From: an uncultured Ruminococcus sp.
GTDB taxonomy: Bacteria > Bacillota > Clostridia > Oscillospirales > CAG-272
Direction: 5' to 3'
Assembly (NCBI GenBank): GCA_964457685.1
Contig: CAYWFS010000002.1
Span: 2,519 to 55,811, forward strand
DNA: 53,293 nucleotides
The notes beneath the pieces were generated by a model. The model saw only the letters and a list, made by a program, of their open reading frames with translations. It did no database searches and had not been told where the DNA came from. The translations under genes were made by a program, and so were the position numbers. This document shows, piece by piece, positions 26,606 through 36,104 of this stretch (position 1 is its first letter; each line of letters opens with the position of its first letter).

Positions 26606-27721
26606 GTGATGTTAACTGATGTTTTATTCAAAAAATTACCAAATATATTTTTCACTCTCACAATACTCGTACTGCTGACATTCGGTGCATACGCCAAAAA
26701 TGTGTCCGTTTCCGCCGAATCCGCAATTTTAACCGAAGCCGAAAGCGGAGATGTTATATTTGAAAAAAATGCTTACACCCGACTTCCGATGGCAAGCACC
26801 ACAAAAATAATGACGGCCGTAGTTGCTCTCGAATACGGAGACCTTGACAAGACTGTTGTTATTCCAAAGGAGGCCTGCGGAATCGAGGGTTCGAGTATTT
26901 ATCTGAAAGAGGGTGAAGCAATGACTCTTTGCGACCTGCTGTACGGTCTTATGCTCGAAAGTGCAAACGATGCCGCAACAGCAATCGCATATGAAATTTC
27001 CGGCAGTGTTGAAGAATTTGCTCTTCTCATGAACAAAAAGGCAGAGGAAATAGGACTGTGCGACACGCATTTTACAAACCCGCACGGTCTTGACAATGAA
27101 GCCCACTATACAACAGCCGCCGACCTCGCAAAGCTGACCGCATATGCAATGAAAAACGACACTTTTTGTAAGATTGTCGCTTCATACAAGTACACTATCC
27201 CGGGAAATCGAGTGCTTTTGAATCACAACAAGCTTCTCAGGCTCTCGGATGATTCGATAGGTGTCAAAACAGGCTTTACAAAACGAAGCGGACGGTGTCT
27301 TGTTTCTGCGGCCGAACGAGACGGAGTGCGTATTATTGCGGTAACTCTTAATGCTCCCGATGACTGGAACGACCATCTTGCATTGTACGAGCTTGGCTTT
27401 TCGAGCTACAGCTATCGTACTATTGCCGAAAAAGGGCAGTTTAAGATAGAGCTTCCATGTGTCGGTGCGGAAAACAGAACCATAATTGCCACAAATACGG
27501 ATGAATGCAGGCTCTGTGTAAAAAACGGCGACAATGTAACGTATACTATCGAATCCGACAGAATGCTGTTTCCGCCTGTGTATGAGGGAGAAACTGTAGG
27601 AAAAATCGTCTTTCGAGTAAACGGAGATACAGTTGCCACACTTCCCCTCGTTTCAATGAAAAGCGTAACGGAAGCCGAACCAAAGACTTTTAAGGAACGC
27701 ATACTTGACTTAATTAATTAG
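26606..27721 (+). CDS. D-alanyl-D-alanine carboxypeptidase (peptidase S11, DacB-like)
   Basis: Signal peptide, ASTTK (SxxK), SAN (SxN), NPHGL, KTG. Confidence 0.92.
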   Translation: MMLTDVLFKKLPNIFFTLTILVLLTFGAYAKNVSVSAESAILTEAESGDVIFEKNAYTRLPMASTTKIMTAVVALEYGDLDKTVVIPKEACGIEGSSIYLKEGEAMTLCDLLYGLMLESANDAATAIAYEISGSVEEFALLMNKKAEEIGLCDTHFTNPHGLDNEAHYTTAADLAKLTAYAMKNDTFCKIVASYKYTIPGNRVLLNHNKLLRLSDDSIGVKTGFTKRSGRCLVSAAERDGVRIIAVTLNAPDDWNDHLALYELGFSSYSYRTIAEKGQFKIELPCVGAENRTIIATNTDECRLCVKNGDNVTYTIESDRMLFPPVYEGETVGKIVFRVNGDTVATLPLVSMKSVTEAEPKTFKERILDLIN

Positions 27722-27727
27722 AATATT

Positions 27728-28462
27728 ATGGAAAAAATAAGATTACAAAAATATATCAGTGCAAGCGGAATCATGTCGCGACGTGCTGCCGAGGAAAAAA
27801 TAAAAAGCGGTAGCGTAACCGTAAACGGAATAACCGCTTCTCTCGGAGACAAGGTTGACCCCGAACTTGACGAGGTATGCATTGATAACAAAAAAATAAG
27901 CGGAGATGCAATAAATCGCCGCTTTACATACATCATGCTGAACAAGCCTGCCGGTTATGTCACCACCCTTTCAGATGAAAAGGGACGTAAGACCGTTGCC
28001 GACCTCATCGAAAATGCGGGAGAAAGACTATACCCCGTCGGTCGTCTTGACCTTTACTCGGAGGGACTTCTCATTTGCACAAACGACGGAGAGCTTACAA
28101 ACAAGCTTACACATCCGTCACATATGATTGCAAAATGCTATATGGCCACCGTCACGACAAAGCTCACTGCCGAAGACGTTGAAAAAATTCGTGTTCCTTT
28201 TGAGCTTGACGGGTATATGTTAAAGCCGTTTGAGGTTGAGCTTGTCGGATACACAAAATGCGGTGATGCGGATTCTACCATCCTGAAATTCACGCTGTAT
28301 GAGGGCAGAAACCGTGAGATAAGAAATATCTGTCTCCACCACGGCTTAAAGCTTGCCAGACTTATTCGTATATCCGAGGGAGAGCTTAGTCTTGTAGGAC
28401 TGAAAAGCGGCTCTTGGAGATACCTTACCGAAACAGAAATAGCCTATTTAAAGAATATCTAA
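27728..28462 (+). CDS. rluB: rRNA pseudouridine synthase, RluB/RsuA family
   Basis: RLQKYI S4 domain, NKPAG, PVGRLD, EGRNREIR. Confidence 0.85.
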   Translation: MEKIRLQKYISASGIMSRRAAEEKIKSGSVTVNGITASLGDKVDPELDEVCIDNKKISGDAINRRFTYIMLNKPAGYVTTLSDEKGRKTVADLIENAGERLYPVGRLDLYSEGLLICTNDGELTNKLTHPSHMIAKCYMATVTTKLTAEDVEKIRVPFELDGYMLKPFEVELVGYTKCGDADSTILKFTLYEGRNREIRNICLHHGLKLARLIRISEGELSLVGLKSGSWRYLTETEIAYLKNI

Positions 28463-28477
28463 CAGACAAAGGAGGAT

Positions 28478-28512
28478 AGCCGTGCTTTTTTTGAAACTTG
28501 CATGGCTTTTTT
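28478..28512 (+). terminator. Terminator-like hairpin after rluB
   Basis: AGCCGTGC/GCATGGCT stem followed by TTTTTT. Confidence 0.55.
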
Positions 28513-28515
28513 GTT

Positions 28516-28929
28516 ATGTTTCAAGTACAACCGATTCGCTCAAAGGAATTACAGGAGCAGATTTCAAAACTTCTCGGCTGCGAGTACCATCCCGATACAT
28601 ATGCCTTTTTCGCAGGTGAGCTTGACGATGACTGCACAACAGTTACCTCTGTAATTGCAATGTGCCAGTTCACCTATGCTCCCGACAAGGCCGTAATAAA
28701 GACTCTCTCTTTTCCGAAAGAATGCGAAAAGGATGAAGCGGTGATAATTCTTGTGAGAACCGTCATGAATTTTATTTACCGTGCGGAAATTCCTACAATA
28801 TTTTTTGAAAAGACCGCTTGCAGTGAGGAATTTATCCGCTCTCTCGGATTCCGTGAAAAGGACGGCGAATATTCAATAGACCTCAAAAAATTCTATCGTT
28901 CCCCTTGCCATTATGAAGAATCAAACTAA
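28516..28929 (+). CDS. Hypothetical protein, possibly degenerate GNAT-like fold
   Basis: 137-aa ORF filling the rluB-glycerate kinase gap and overlapping the next start; F..LGF motif. Confidence 0.65.
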   Translation: MFQVQPIRSKELQEQISKLLGCEYHPDTYAFFAGELDDDCTTVTSVIAMCQFTYAPDKAVIKTLSFPKECEKDEAVIILVRTVMNFIYRAEIPTIFFEKTACSEEFIRSLGFREKDGEYSIDLKKFYRSPCHYEESN

Positions 28930-30052
28930 TGTTGTAATCGCACTCGATTCATTCAAGGGTGCGTTGTCCTCATATGATGCAGGAGAAGCGGTAAGACACG
29001 GCATATTGAGACGACTTCCGCAATGCAAAACGCAGGTATTCCCTCTCGGAGACGGTGGTGAGGGTACGGCATACTCTCTTGCTGCCTGTCTCGGCTACGA
29101 AAAACGTCATGTAAACGTAACCGACACTCACGGAGACACTGTTGATGCCGAATATTATGCTTCCGCAGACTCAACATCGGTTGTATTCGATATGTCAAGC
29201 TGTGCCGGACTTTCCCACGCAAAGAAGCATTCTCTTGATATAATGCACGCATCCACCTACGGAGTCGGAAGTCTTATTGCAAATGCCGTACACGGTGGTG
29301 CAAAAGAGATAATAGTATGTCTCGGAGGAAGCGGTACCTCTGACGGCGGTGCAGGTGCTTTGTCGGTCTTGGGTGTGCGATTTTTCGACAGGCAATGTCA
29401 TGAAATTATCGAGCGTATATCACCGTCAAATCTTGACAAAATATACTCTGCCGATATTTCAAACGCAAGTGAGCTACTGAAAAACACAACTACGGTATTG
29501 CTTTATGATTCCGCTGTTCCTTTGCTTGGCGAACACGGTGCGGTCATGATGTACTCCCGTCAAAAAGGTGCAGATGACTCTTCCCTGCTCTTGCTTGAAG
29601 AAAAAATGGCTCACTTTGCGAATGTCATGACCAACGGAGACGCTTCTATTGTTTCCGTGGCGGGTGCAGGTGCTGCCGGTGGACTTGGCTTTGGACTATC
29701 ACTTCTCGGCGGCAAGCTGACAAACGGTGCGGAATACGTCCTCTCGAAATGCGGATTTGAGGAAGCTGTTTCAAATGCAACTCTCGTTATAACCGGCGAG
29801 GGAAAGACAGACTCTCAAACCGCAACGGGTAAGCTTCCGTCGGCTGTTGCAAAAATCGCTTCCTATCACCATGTTCCGACAATATGCCTCTGCGGTGTAA
29901 ACGACTCGAATGAATCACTTTACCGTTGTGGAATTACTTCCGTTATTCAAATAGGAGACAGACCGATGTCGTATGAGAATTCCGTCTCCGAGACTGCACG
30001 GCTTCTCGAAAAGTCCGCATTCGACCTTGCGGGAATTATAGAATATCTGTAA
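28913..30052 (+). CDS. Glycerate kinase (GarK/GlxK family)
   Basis: IALDSFKG, GDGGEGT, ASTYGVG, GGSGTSDGGAG, GAAGGLG, ITGEGKTDSQT. Confidence 0.92.
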   Translation: MKNQTNVVIALDSFKGALSSYDAGEAVRHGILRRLPQCKTQVFPLGDGGEGTAYSLAACLGYEKRHVNVTDTHGDTVDAEYYASADSTSVVFDMSSCAGLSHAKKHSLDIMHASTYGVGSLIANAVHGGAKEIIVCLGGSGTSDGGAGALSVLGVRFFDRQCHEIIERISPSNLDKIYSADISNASELLKNTTTVLLYDSAVPLLGEHGAVMMYSRQKGADDSSLLLLEEKMAHFANVMTNGDASIVSVAGAGAAGGLGFGLSLLGGKLTNGAEYVLSKCGFEEAVSNATLVITGEGKTDSQTATGKLPSAVAKIASYHHVPTICLCGVNDSNESLYRCGITSVIQIGDRPMSYENSVSETARLLEKSAFDLAGIIEYL

Positions 30053-30055
30053 AAC

Positions 30056-30162
30056 AAAAACTGACAGAATTTGAAAAAACGAATGAACCGACCACCAAAA
30101 GTTAGATCAAAAATCTAACGCTTGGGAGGTCGGTTCACAAACTTCAAATCTGTCAGCTTTTT
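30056..30162. terminator. Bidirectional terminator with an inserted palindrome in its loop
   Basis: AAAAACTGACAGAATTTGAA / TTCAAATCTGTCAGCTTTTT arms between convergent genes. Confidence 0.7.
30084..30137. mobile_element. 54-bp MITE-like palindrome, IS3/IS150-end-like (copy 1)
   Basis: TGAACCGACC...GGTCGGTTCA with 5'-TG..CA-3' ends and internal CAAAAGTTAGA/TCTAAC; near-copy at 50955. Confidence 0.6.
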
Positions 30163-32082
30163 TTATTCAATTGTAAGCTTCGTTTCGGTCGGGCATTTTA
30201 TATATGCGGCAGAACCGTTTTGAATTTCAAATTCTTTTCCGCATTTTCCGTAAATAAGCTCAACAGCAGCTTCACTGAGCTTTACACGCATATCCTTGTC
30301 ACGGCAGGCACAAACTATTATCTTGTAACCATTATCTTCCGAATAAGGAGTGCGTTCATACACAAAATGATGCTCGTCAAGCTCCGTTATTGCGAAAACA
30401 CCGTCATAAAACAGCTTTTCTTCACTTCTTATGCTACCGATTTTTCTGTAGAACGCAAGAAGCTCTTCATCCATATTACTCCACGGAAACGGCATACGGC
30501 AGAACGGGTCACGGTATCCCTCAACTCCGACTTCATCGCCGTAGAAAACGCAAGGAACCCCCGGAAGTCCCGCAATTATCGCATATGCAAGTGTGAGCAG
30601 ATTTTTTGCCGTCTCACGTCTTTCCTTTGTCATGCGTAATGTCGAAAGCTCAAGGTTTGTTTTGTCTCCGCAGTCTTCACCGCCGAGTATCGTCAAAATT
30701 CGTTCCGTATCATGAGTTCCGAGAAAATTCATCAGATTATCGGAGGTGCGTTTCGGGTATCTGCGATAAAGTCCCTCACTGTTTTTTCGCATAAGCTCGA
30801 AATTGCCGTTTTTTACATATTCTATGACGGCACTTCTGAGAGGATAATTCATCACGGAATCAAGCTCGTCACCGTATAGATAGCCTCTGCGATTGCCGTA
30901 GCTTACCTTATCGGATGCGTCCTCCCATACCTCGCCGATTATAACTCCGTCCTCTGAGCTTTTCTTCACGGCAGAGCGAAACTCACGCAGGAAATCCTCG
31001 TCAAGCTCATCCGCTACATCGAGTCTCCAGCCCGAAACTCCCTTTTTCATCCATTTTTCGACAACGCTGTTACAAATAAACGAACGGAAATCCGTATTTT
31101 TCCCGTTCACCCTCGGAAGTATTTTGACCCCCCACCAACATTCGTAGTCATCGGGAAAATCACGGAACATATACCAATCGTAATACGGTGATTTTTCCGA
31201 TTGATATGCACCGAGAGAGTCATAGTTTCCGTCCTTGTTGAAGTAAATGCTGTCGGCTCCTGTATGATTGAAAACTCCGTCGAGAATTACGTCAATACCA
31301 CGTTTCTTTGCCTTTTCGCACAGTTCTGCAAGTGCTTCGTCTCCACCGAACATCTCGTCAACGCTGAGATAATCCGCTGTATCGTACTTGTGGTTTGAAT
31401 ATGCGTCAAAAACCGGAGAAAGATATATCGTTTTTGTCCCGAGTGAGGATATATAGTCAAGCTTATCCGCTATTCCGTACAAATCTCCGCCGAAGAACAC
31501 GTTATTCGCAACCTCTGCCCCCGGATACTCTCCGAATTGAGGAATTCCGCTATTCCAATCCTCGTCAAGCACAGCACAGTCTTTGACACCGCACCTACCG
31601 CTTCTTTTGAATCTGTCCACGAAAATATGGTACACGATTCCTTCGGTAAAGGCTTTTGAGGTTTTGTATTCGCTTTTGTATATGAGAAGCTGTCTTTCTC
31701 CCTCTCCATTTTCAAGAGGAGTCAGTCTTGTCACACCTTCTCCGCCGAGCATGATTTCACTTTCTTCGGTCTCGAGGAGATAGTGGTAATAAAACAGTCC
31801 GCATTCCCCATCCCACCTTTGAGTAAGACTTGAAAAATCAAATGTCAAGTCAAAGTTTCCGTCCTCCGACTTTTCCATCGGAAATGACATCCGCACCTCG
31901 TTTTGTGAATTCCACGCATCCTTGTGAATCACTATGCTTGCCGCCTTAATCTCACGGTCGCATTCCTCTATATCAAGCGTGAACATTACACGGCTTGTTT
32001 CGGCAAATGCTCCGAACGGTGAGCAGTCACGCATATTTACAAGGTCGAGCTTCAGCTCATTTGCTATTATTGCTTCACTCAT
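30163..32082 (-). CDS. GH13 alpha-glucan hydrolase (neopullulanase/amylopullulanase-like)
   Basis: YHIFVDRF, GGDLYGI, SNHKYD, DGVFNH, GWRLDVAD, GEVW, LGTHD, GDEVG. Confidence 0.9.
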   Translation of the reverse strand: MSEAIIANELKLDLVNMRDCSPFGAFAETSRVMFTLDIEECDREIKAASIVIHKDAWNSQNEVRMSFPMEKSEDGNFDLTFDFSSLTQRWDGECGLFYYHYLLETEESEIMLGGEGVTRLTPLENGEGERQLLIYKSEYKTSKAFTEGIVYHIFVDRFKRSGRCGVKDCAVLDEDWNSGIPQFGEYPGAEVANNVFFGGDLYGIADKLDYISSLGTKTIYLSPVFDAYSNHKYDTADYLSVDEMFGGDEALAELCEKAKKRGIDVILDGVFNHTGADSIYFNKDGNYDSLGAYQSEKSPYYDWYMFRDFPDDYECWWGVKILPRVNGKNTDFRSFICNSVVEKWMKKGVSGWRLDVADELDEDFLREFRSAVKKSSEDGVIIGEVWEDASDKVSYGNRRGYLYGDELDSVMNYPLRSAVIEYVKNGNFELMRKNSEGLYRRYPKRTSDNLMNFLGTHDTERILTILGGEDCGDKTNLELSTLRMTKERRETAKNLLTLAYAIIAGLPGVPCVFYGDEVGVEGYRDPFCRMPFPWSNMDEELLAFYRKIGSIRSEEKLFYDGVFAITELDEHHFVYERTPYSEDNGYKIIVCACRDKDMRVKLSEAAVELIYGKCGKEFEIQNGSAAYIKCPTETKLTIE

Positions 32083-32090
32083 TACCGAAA

Positions 32091-34559
32091 TTATTTAACA
32101 GGCTCTATGTGCCAAATATTCTTAGCGTATTCTCTGATGCTTCTGTCAGAGGAGAAGAAACCTGCGGACGCAATGTTGATGAGCGATTTCTTCAGCCATA
32201 CATATTCGTCACGGTAGGTGTTTATCATCTTTCCGTAAACATTCATATATGAGTCATAGTCAGCAAGGCACATATACGGGTCTGCTACACCGTGACTGTA
32301 GAGGAAGTAGTTGACCATAGAACCAAAACGATTTCCGGCAAAATCTCCGCCGAGTCTGTCAACGGCAGCCTTTAATCTGTCGCTGGAGTTGTAGTAATGA
32401 AGTGAAGAATATCCACGTCTCCAAAGGTCGTCAACCTCATGTGATCTGAGACCGAAGATAAAGATATTATCGTCTCCTCCTACCTTTTCTCTTATCTCGA
32501 CATTCGCTCCGTCCATAGTTCCGATTGTCAATGCACCGTTTACCATGAATTTCATGCATCCGGTTCCGCTTGCTTCCTTTCCGGCAAGAGAGATTTGCTC
32601 ACTGATGTCACTGGCAGGCATAAGAACCTCAGCCATGGAAACATTATAGTCCTCTGCGTAAACGACACGGATAATATCACGAACCTTCGGGTCGCTGTCT
32701 ATTTCCTTGCCTATCGCCCAAATAAGCTTGATTATATCCTTTGCCATGTAATATCCGGGGGCAGCCTTACCGCCGAATATAAATGTTGTGGGAGTATAGT
32801 CTCCGTTCGGATTTGACTTTATTTCGTTATAGAGTGTAACTATCTTAAGGACATTGAGAAGCTGTCTCTTATACTCGTGCATTCTCTTTACCTGAACGTC
32901 GAATACGGAGTTTACGTCAAGCTTTACTCCCGTCTTGTTGAAATAATACTTAGCGAAATTGAGTTTGTTTTCGGCCTTAATTGCGGCAAGTCTGTCAAGC
33001 ATGGATTTGTCATCCGCATACTTTTTAAGTCCTTCGAGCTTTTCAAAATCGTGTCTGTAATCACAGCCTATGGTTTCGTCAAGGAGAGAGGTAAGACCCT
33101 TATTTGAGTTACAGAGCCATCTACGCATTGCGATACCGTTGGTTACGTTTGTAAACTTATACGGCATTGCCTTGTAGTAATCGTGGAACACACCGTTTTT
33201 GAGGATTTCGGAGTGAAGTGCGGATACACCGTTTACCGTATGAGATGCCGCAACGCTGAGGTTCGCCATTCTTACCTGAGAATATCCGACTATAGCCATA
33301 CGGGAAATTCTGTCCCAGTCTCCGGGATACATTGTCCAGAGGTCGGCACAAAGTCTGCGGTTTATCTCCTCGATAATCATATAAAGTCTGGGGAGACGGA
33401 GCTTGAAGAGGTATACATTCCATGTTTCGAGAGCCTCGGGAAGAACTGTGTGGTTTGTATAAGACACAACTCTTGTAACAACGGACCAAGCCGCTTCCCA
33501 TGAATAGTTGTATACGTCCATGAGAATACGCATAAGCTCGGGAATGCAAAGTGCGGGGTGAGTATCGTTTATGTGGATAGCAACCTTTTCCGCAAAATTA
33601 CCGAGAGTACCGTAAGCTGCAAGGTGGTCTGCGATTATGCTCTGAAGTGAAGCGGAAACAAGGAAATACTGCTGTGTAAGTCTGAGAAGCTTACCCTCGT
33701 CATGGTCATCCGAGGGATAAAGCACCTTTGAAATTACCTCGGCATTGGAAGCCTCCTGAATAGCCTTGAAATACTGTCCCTGCGAGAAGAGGTTCATATT
33801 AAAGCTCTTTGTATCGACAGCTTTCCAAAGTCTGAGAACGCTTACAGCCTTAGAATCGGCACCTGAAATCATCATATCGTAAGGTACAGCACGAACCGTA
33901 TCATAGTTTTCGTATGTTATGGAGCATTTGCCGTTTTCCCATGTTTCGTTTACGCTGCCGCCGAGTCTTATATCAAAGGTCTTGTCGGTTCTGGGAACAA
34001 GCCATGTTTCACCGACATCCATCCATGAATCGGGAAGCTCAACCTGGTTACCGTCTATGATTCTCTGCTTGAAGAAGCCGTACTCATAGCATATCGAGAA
34101 GCCTGTTGCAGCGTAGTCGAGAGATGTAAGTGAATCCATAAAGCAAGCCGCAAGTCTGCCGAGACCGCCGTTACCGAGACCCGGGTCAGGTTCAAGCTCA
34201 TATATACGGTCGAGGTCATAGCCTATTTCCGAAAGAGCCTCTCTGTACTGCTCCGCAAGTCCGAGGTTCATTATATTGTTTTTGAGCTGGCATCCGACAA
34301 GGAATTCCATGCACATATAATAAACTCTCTTGGGGTGAGTTTTCTTTATTTCATCGTGGAAATACGAGCGTTTTGTTGTGAGAATATCTCTTACGGATCT
34401 GATAACCGCACCGAGAATCTGTTTTTCGCTTGCTTCCTCGGGAGTTACTCCGAAATAGCTGACAAGCTTTGTTTCTATGCTTTCCTTTACGTCTGCGGAG
34501 GTGAGAGTTTTTAAAATTTCCTTGTCCGCAAAAGACTTTCCTTCTATCTTATTATCCAT
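32091..34559 (-). CDS. glgP: Glycogen phosphorylase
   Basis: GLGNGGLGRLAACF, INDTHP, KRMHEYKRQ, EASGTGCMK, GTMDGANVE. Confidence 0.97.
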   Translation of the reverse strand: MDNKIEGKSFADKEILKTLTSADVKESIETKLVSYFGVTPEEASEKQILGAVIRSVRDILTTKRSYFHDEIKKTHPKRVYYMCMEFLVGCQLKNNIMNLGLAEQYREALSEIGYDLDRIYELEPDPGLGNGGLGRLAACFMDSLTSLDYAATGFSICYEYGFFKQRIIDGNQVELPDSWMDVGETWLVPRTDKTFDIRLGGSVNETWENGKCSITYENYDTVRAVPYDMMISGADSKAVSVLRLWKAVDTKSFNMNLFSQGQYFKAIQEASNAEVISKVLYPSDDHDEGKLLRLTQQYFLVSASLQSIIADHLAAYGTLGNFAEKVAIHINDTHPALCIPELMRILMDVYNYSWEAAWSVVTRVVSYTNHTVLPEALETWNVYLFKLRLPRLYMIIEEINRRLCADLWTMYPGDWDRISRMAIVGYSQVRMANLSVAASHTVNGVSALHSEILKNGVFHDYYKAMPYKFTNVTNGIAMRRWLCNSNKGLTSLLDETIGCDYRHDFEKLEGLKKYADDKSMLDRLAAIKAENKLNFAKYYFNKTGVKLDVNSVFDVQVKRMHEYKRQLLNVLKIVTLYNEIKSNPNGDYTPTTFIFGGKAAPGYYMAKDIIKLIWAIGKEIDSDPKVRDIIRVVYAEDYNVSMAEVLMPASDISEQISLAGKEASGTGCMKFMVNGALTIGTMDGANVEIREKVGGDDNIFIFGLRSHEVDDLWRRGYSSLHYYNSSDRLKAAVDRLGGDFAGNRFGSMVNYFLYSHGVADPYMCLADYDSYMNVYGKMINTYRDEYVWLKKSLINIASAGFFSSDRSIREYAKNIWHIEPVK

Positions 34560-34584
34560 ATTTAACTCCGTTATTTTTTATACA

Positions 34585-34635
34585 AAAATTCAGCGTAGTT
34601 TAAATTCAAGTGAAGTCAAACCACGCTAAAATTTT
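34585..34635. other. Intra-operon stem-loop between glgA and glgP
   Basis: AAAATTCAGCGTAGTTT...AAACCACGCTAAAATTTT imperfect inverted repeat. Confidence 0.5.
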
Positions 34636-34647
34636 AACAAGAATATT

Positions 34648-36087
34648 TTACATCATATCCTTATAAATATCAATGTATTTTTTAGCCGAAACATCCCATG
34701 AAAAATCAACGTTCATAACATTTTTCACTAATTCTGCCCATTTTGCCGTCTCATGATACATACTAATTGCATAATTTATAACGTGCATCATATCATGTGC
34801 ATTATAATTCTCGAACGAGAAGCCGTTGCCGCTTCCGTCGTATTCGTTATACGGCTTTATAGTGTCCGCAAGACCTCCGCAGGCTCTGACTATCGGCACT
34901 GTACCGTATCTTGAAGCTATCATCTGCGAAAGACCGCACGGCTCACTCTTTGAGGGCATAAGGAACAAATCGGCTCCTGCGTAAAATTTCTTCGAGAGGC
35001 TCTTGTTAAACTCAAATTTTACGCATACCTGCTTCGGGTATTTAGCGGCAAGGTCTCTGAAATAATTCTCAAGCTCACGTTCACCTGTTCCGAGAAGAAC
35101 GAACTGAACATCATTGTTTACGATTATTTCTTCGAGAACGCATCTTACAAGGTCAAAACCCTTATGTGAGGCAAGTCTCGAAACCATTGCGATAACCGGT
35201 GTTTCCGGTTTTTCTTCAAATCCCGCAAGACGCTGAAGAACCGCTTTATCGACAGCCTTTCCGCTCATATCCTCCGTTGAATAGTTTTCGGTAATATCGG
35301 GGTCAGTGGAAGGGTCATAATATCCGACATCTATTCCGTTTACGATGCCGGTAAGCTTGCCTTCTGCGTCAGCCTGTCTGAGAATATGGTGAAGTCCGCT
35401 TCCGTAATATTCAGTGAGTATCTCCTTTGAGTAAGTACGGCTTACGGTATTTACCTTATCGGCACAAACCACCGCACCTTTTAAGAGGTTGATATTTCCG
35501 TTATACTCAACTATTCCTCTGTCCCAAGCGGCAAGCTCAAAGACATCGGAGAGTATATTGAAGTCAAATACACCCTGGTAATCGATGTTGTGTATCGTAA
35601 ACAACGCACGGATATTTCTGTATTCGTCAATGTGAGAATATTTTCTCTTTAAATAGATAACGGAAAGTGCGGTCTGCCAGTCATTTGCGTGAAGAACATC
35701 GGGATAGAAGTTCATTGCCGCCATAAGCTCGAGTATGCACTTTGAGAAGAACGCAAATCTCTCGCCGTCATCATAATTTCCGTAAGGTGTTTCTCTGTCA
35801 AAATAGTAAAGGTTGTCGATAAAATAGAAAGTAATGTTATTCTTTACTATTTTCCAGATTCCGCAGTACTGATTTCTCCATGAAAGTCTTACATTCATTT
35901 CGCAAACCAGTTCAAGCTCCTCCGCAAACTTGTCACGGATAGAGGGATACAGCGGAATTACAACTCTTACATCGGATTTTTCTCCGAGAACACCCGAGAC
36001 AGCCTTGGGAAGTGCTCCTACAACGTCCGCAAGTCCGCCTGTCGATATATAAGGAAGAGCCTCAGAGGCAGCATATAATATTTTCAT
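34648..36087 (-). CDS. glgA: Glycogen synthase
   Basis: TGGLADV, HANDWQ, FTIHNI.YQG, SRLASHKG, EPCGLSQM. Confidence 0.96.
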   Translation of the reverse strand: MKILYAASEALPYISTGGLADVVGALPKAVSGVLGEKSDVRVVIPLYPSIRDKFAEELELVCEMNVRLSWRNQYCGIWKIVKNNITFYFIDNLYYFDRETPYGNYDDGERFAFFSKCILELMAAMNFYPDVLHANDWQTALSVIYLKRKYSHIDEYRNIRALFTIHNIDYQGVFDFNILSDVFELAAWDRGIVEYNGNINLLKGAVVCADKVNTVSRTYSKEILTEYYGSGLHHILRQADAEGKLTGIVNGIDVGYYDPSTDPDITENYSTEDMSGKAVDKAVLQRLAGFEEKPETPVIAMVSRLASHKGFDLVRCVLEEIIVNNDVQFVLLGTGERELENYFRDLAAKYPKQVCVKFEFNKSLSKKFYAGADLFLMPSKSEPCGLSQMIASRYGTVPIVRACGGLADTIKPYNEYDGSGNGFSFENYNAHDMMHVINYAISMYHETAKWAELVKNVMNVDFSWDVSAKKYIDIYKDMM

Positions 36088-36104
36088 GGTCTTTCACCTC
36101 GTAA

